Made by a program: the position numbers and the translations under genes. DNA of 64,000 nucleotides from NCBI GenBank assembly GCA_041650515.1, contig JBAZLA010000003.1, forward strand, positions 30,819 through 94,818, in the 5' to 3' direction. The notes under the pieces were generated by a model. The model ran no database searches. It was not told the origin of the DNA and worked only from the letters and a program-made list of their open reading frames with translations. Source of the stretch: Patescibacteria group bacterium (lineage in GTDB: Bacteria; Patescibacteriota; Patescibacteriia; JACRDY01). Shown here in pieces: positions 63,553-64,000 of this stretch (the stretch's first letter is position 1; each line of letters begins with the position of its first letter).

Positions 63553-64000
63553 ATGCAATTAGATTTGAAAAACAAAAAAGTTCTAGTCATGGGTCTAGGC
63601 CTTAATGGCGGGGGATTAAGTGTTACTAAATGGTTAGTCAAACGGGGCGCCAAAGTAACGGTGACCGATCTTAAAACCAGATTTCAACTGAAAAAATCTT
63701 TAGACCAATTGCGCGGTTTGTCGATCAAATATGTTTTGGGTCAGCATCATTTGGCTGATTTTAAAAATACCGATTTGATTATCAAAAATCCAGGTGTGCC
63801 CAATAGTTCCATTTATTTAAAAACCGCGATCAAGAATAAAATTCCCATTGAAGGCGATATTTCCTTATTTTTTTTACAAAATCCCGCGCCAATTATTGGC
63901 ATCACCGGCACTCGTGGTAAATCAACCGTGACTAAGTTATTGGGTGAGATTTTTGCCGCGGCAAAAAAAAGGCCGGTGGTGGCGGGCAATATTGGTGTTT
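63553..64000 (+). CDS. murD: UDP-N-acetylmuramoylalanine--D-glutamate ligase, N-terminal part (3' end outside window)
   Basis: ATG at 63553. MQLDLKNKKVLVMGLGLNGGG...GITGTRGKSTVTKLLGEIF (Mur ligase P-loop). Open to window end. Confidence 0.75.
   Translation, partial: MQLDLKNKKVLVMGLGLNGGGLSVTKWLVKRGAKVTVTDLKTRFQLKKSLDQLRGLSIKYVLGQHHLADFKNTDLIIKNPGVPNSSIYLKTAIKNKIPIEGDISLFFLQNPAPIIGITGTRGKSTVTKLLGEIFAAAKKRPVVAGNIGV

Overview
This is a 64-kb window from an AT-rich, gene-dense bacterial genome. Most genes are small housekeeping genes on the + strand. The gene content suggests a reduced-genome lineage, possibly Patescibacteria/CPR-like. That assignment is inference from a GAD-less AspRS, two short RelA/SpoT paralogs, an HhH-less UvrC and generally short proteins. 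Standard genetic code; no rRNA, CRISPR array, transposase or integrase seen.

Ordinary content:
- 5'-truncated ABC exporter ATPase
- asnS, Nudix, Nramp transporter, aspS, YbaK-like deacylase, scpA/scpB, a D-Ala-D-Ala carboxypeptidase
- a minus-strand tRNA cluster (Met, fMet, Leu-CAA, plus a degenerate Leu fragment)
- uvrC, two tandem RelA/SpoT homologs, der, an LCP protein
- nrdR-nrdD-nrdG, with the NrdD glycyl-radical tail in a separate 53-aa ORF
- two large polytopic membrane proteins (one GT-C-like)
- a dTDP-rhamnose/envelope cluster: rmlC-like, CDP-alcohol phosphatidyltransferase, rmlB, rmlD, rmlA, Maf
- murA, ctpA, rplI, pyrG, an FkbM methyltransferase, rpmA, iscU/nfu/iscS, mraY and the start of murD

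The standout is a tandem array of nine paralogous ~545-575-aa cysteine-rich proteins:
- Seven sit at 28289-40380 and two at 44350-47692.
- Each has an FmdB-like double zinc-ribbon module at both termini and a variable CxxC-rich central region.
- Several are packed with 1-3 bp spacers.
- The rest are separated by GC-rich palindromic intergenic repeats of the form GTCATYSCGAG...
- The array sits inside the rhamnose/glycosylation locus and is followed by a PLP-dependent enzyme and a DAGK-family kinase.
- I could not assign this family to any characterised protein family. It is the best candidate for an undescribed system in the window.
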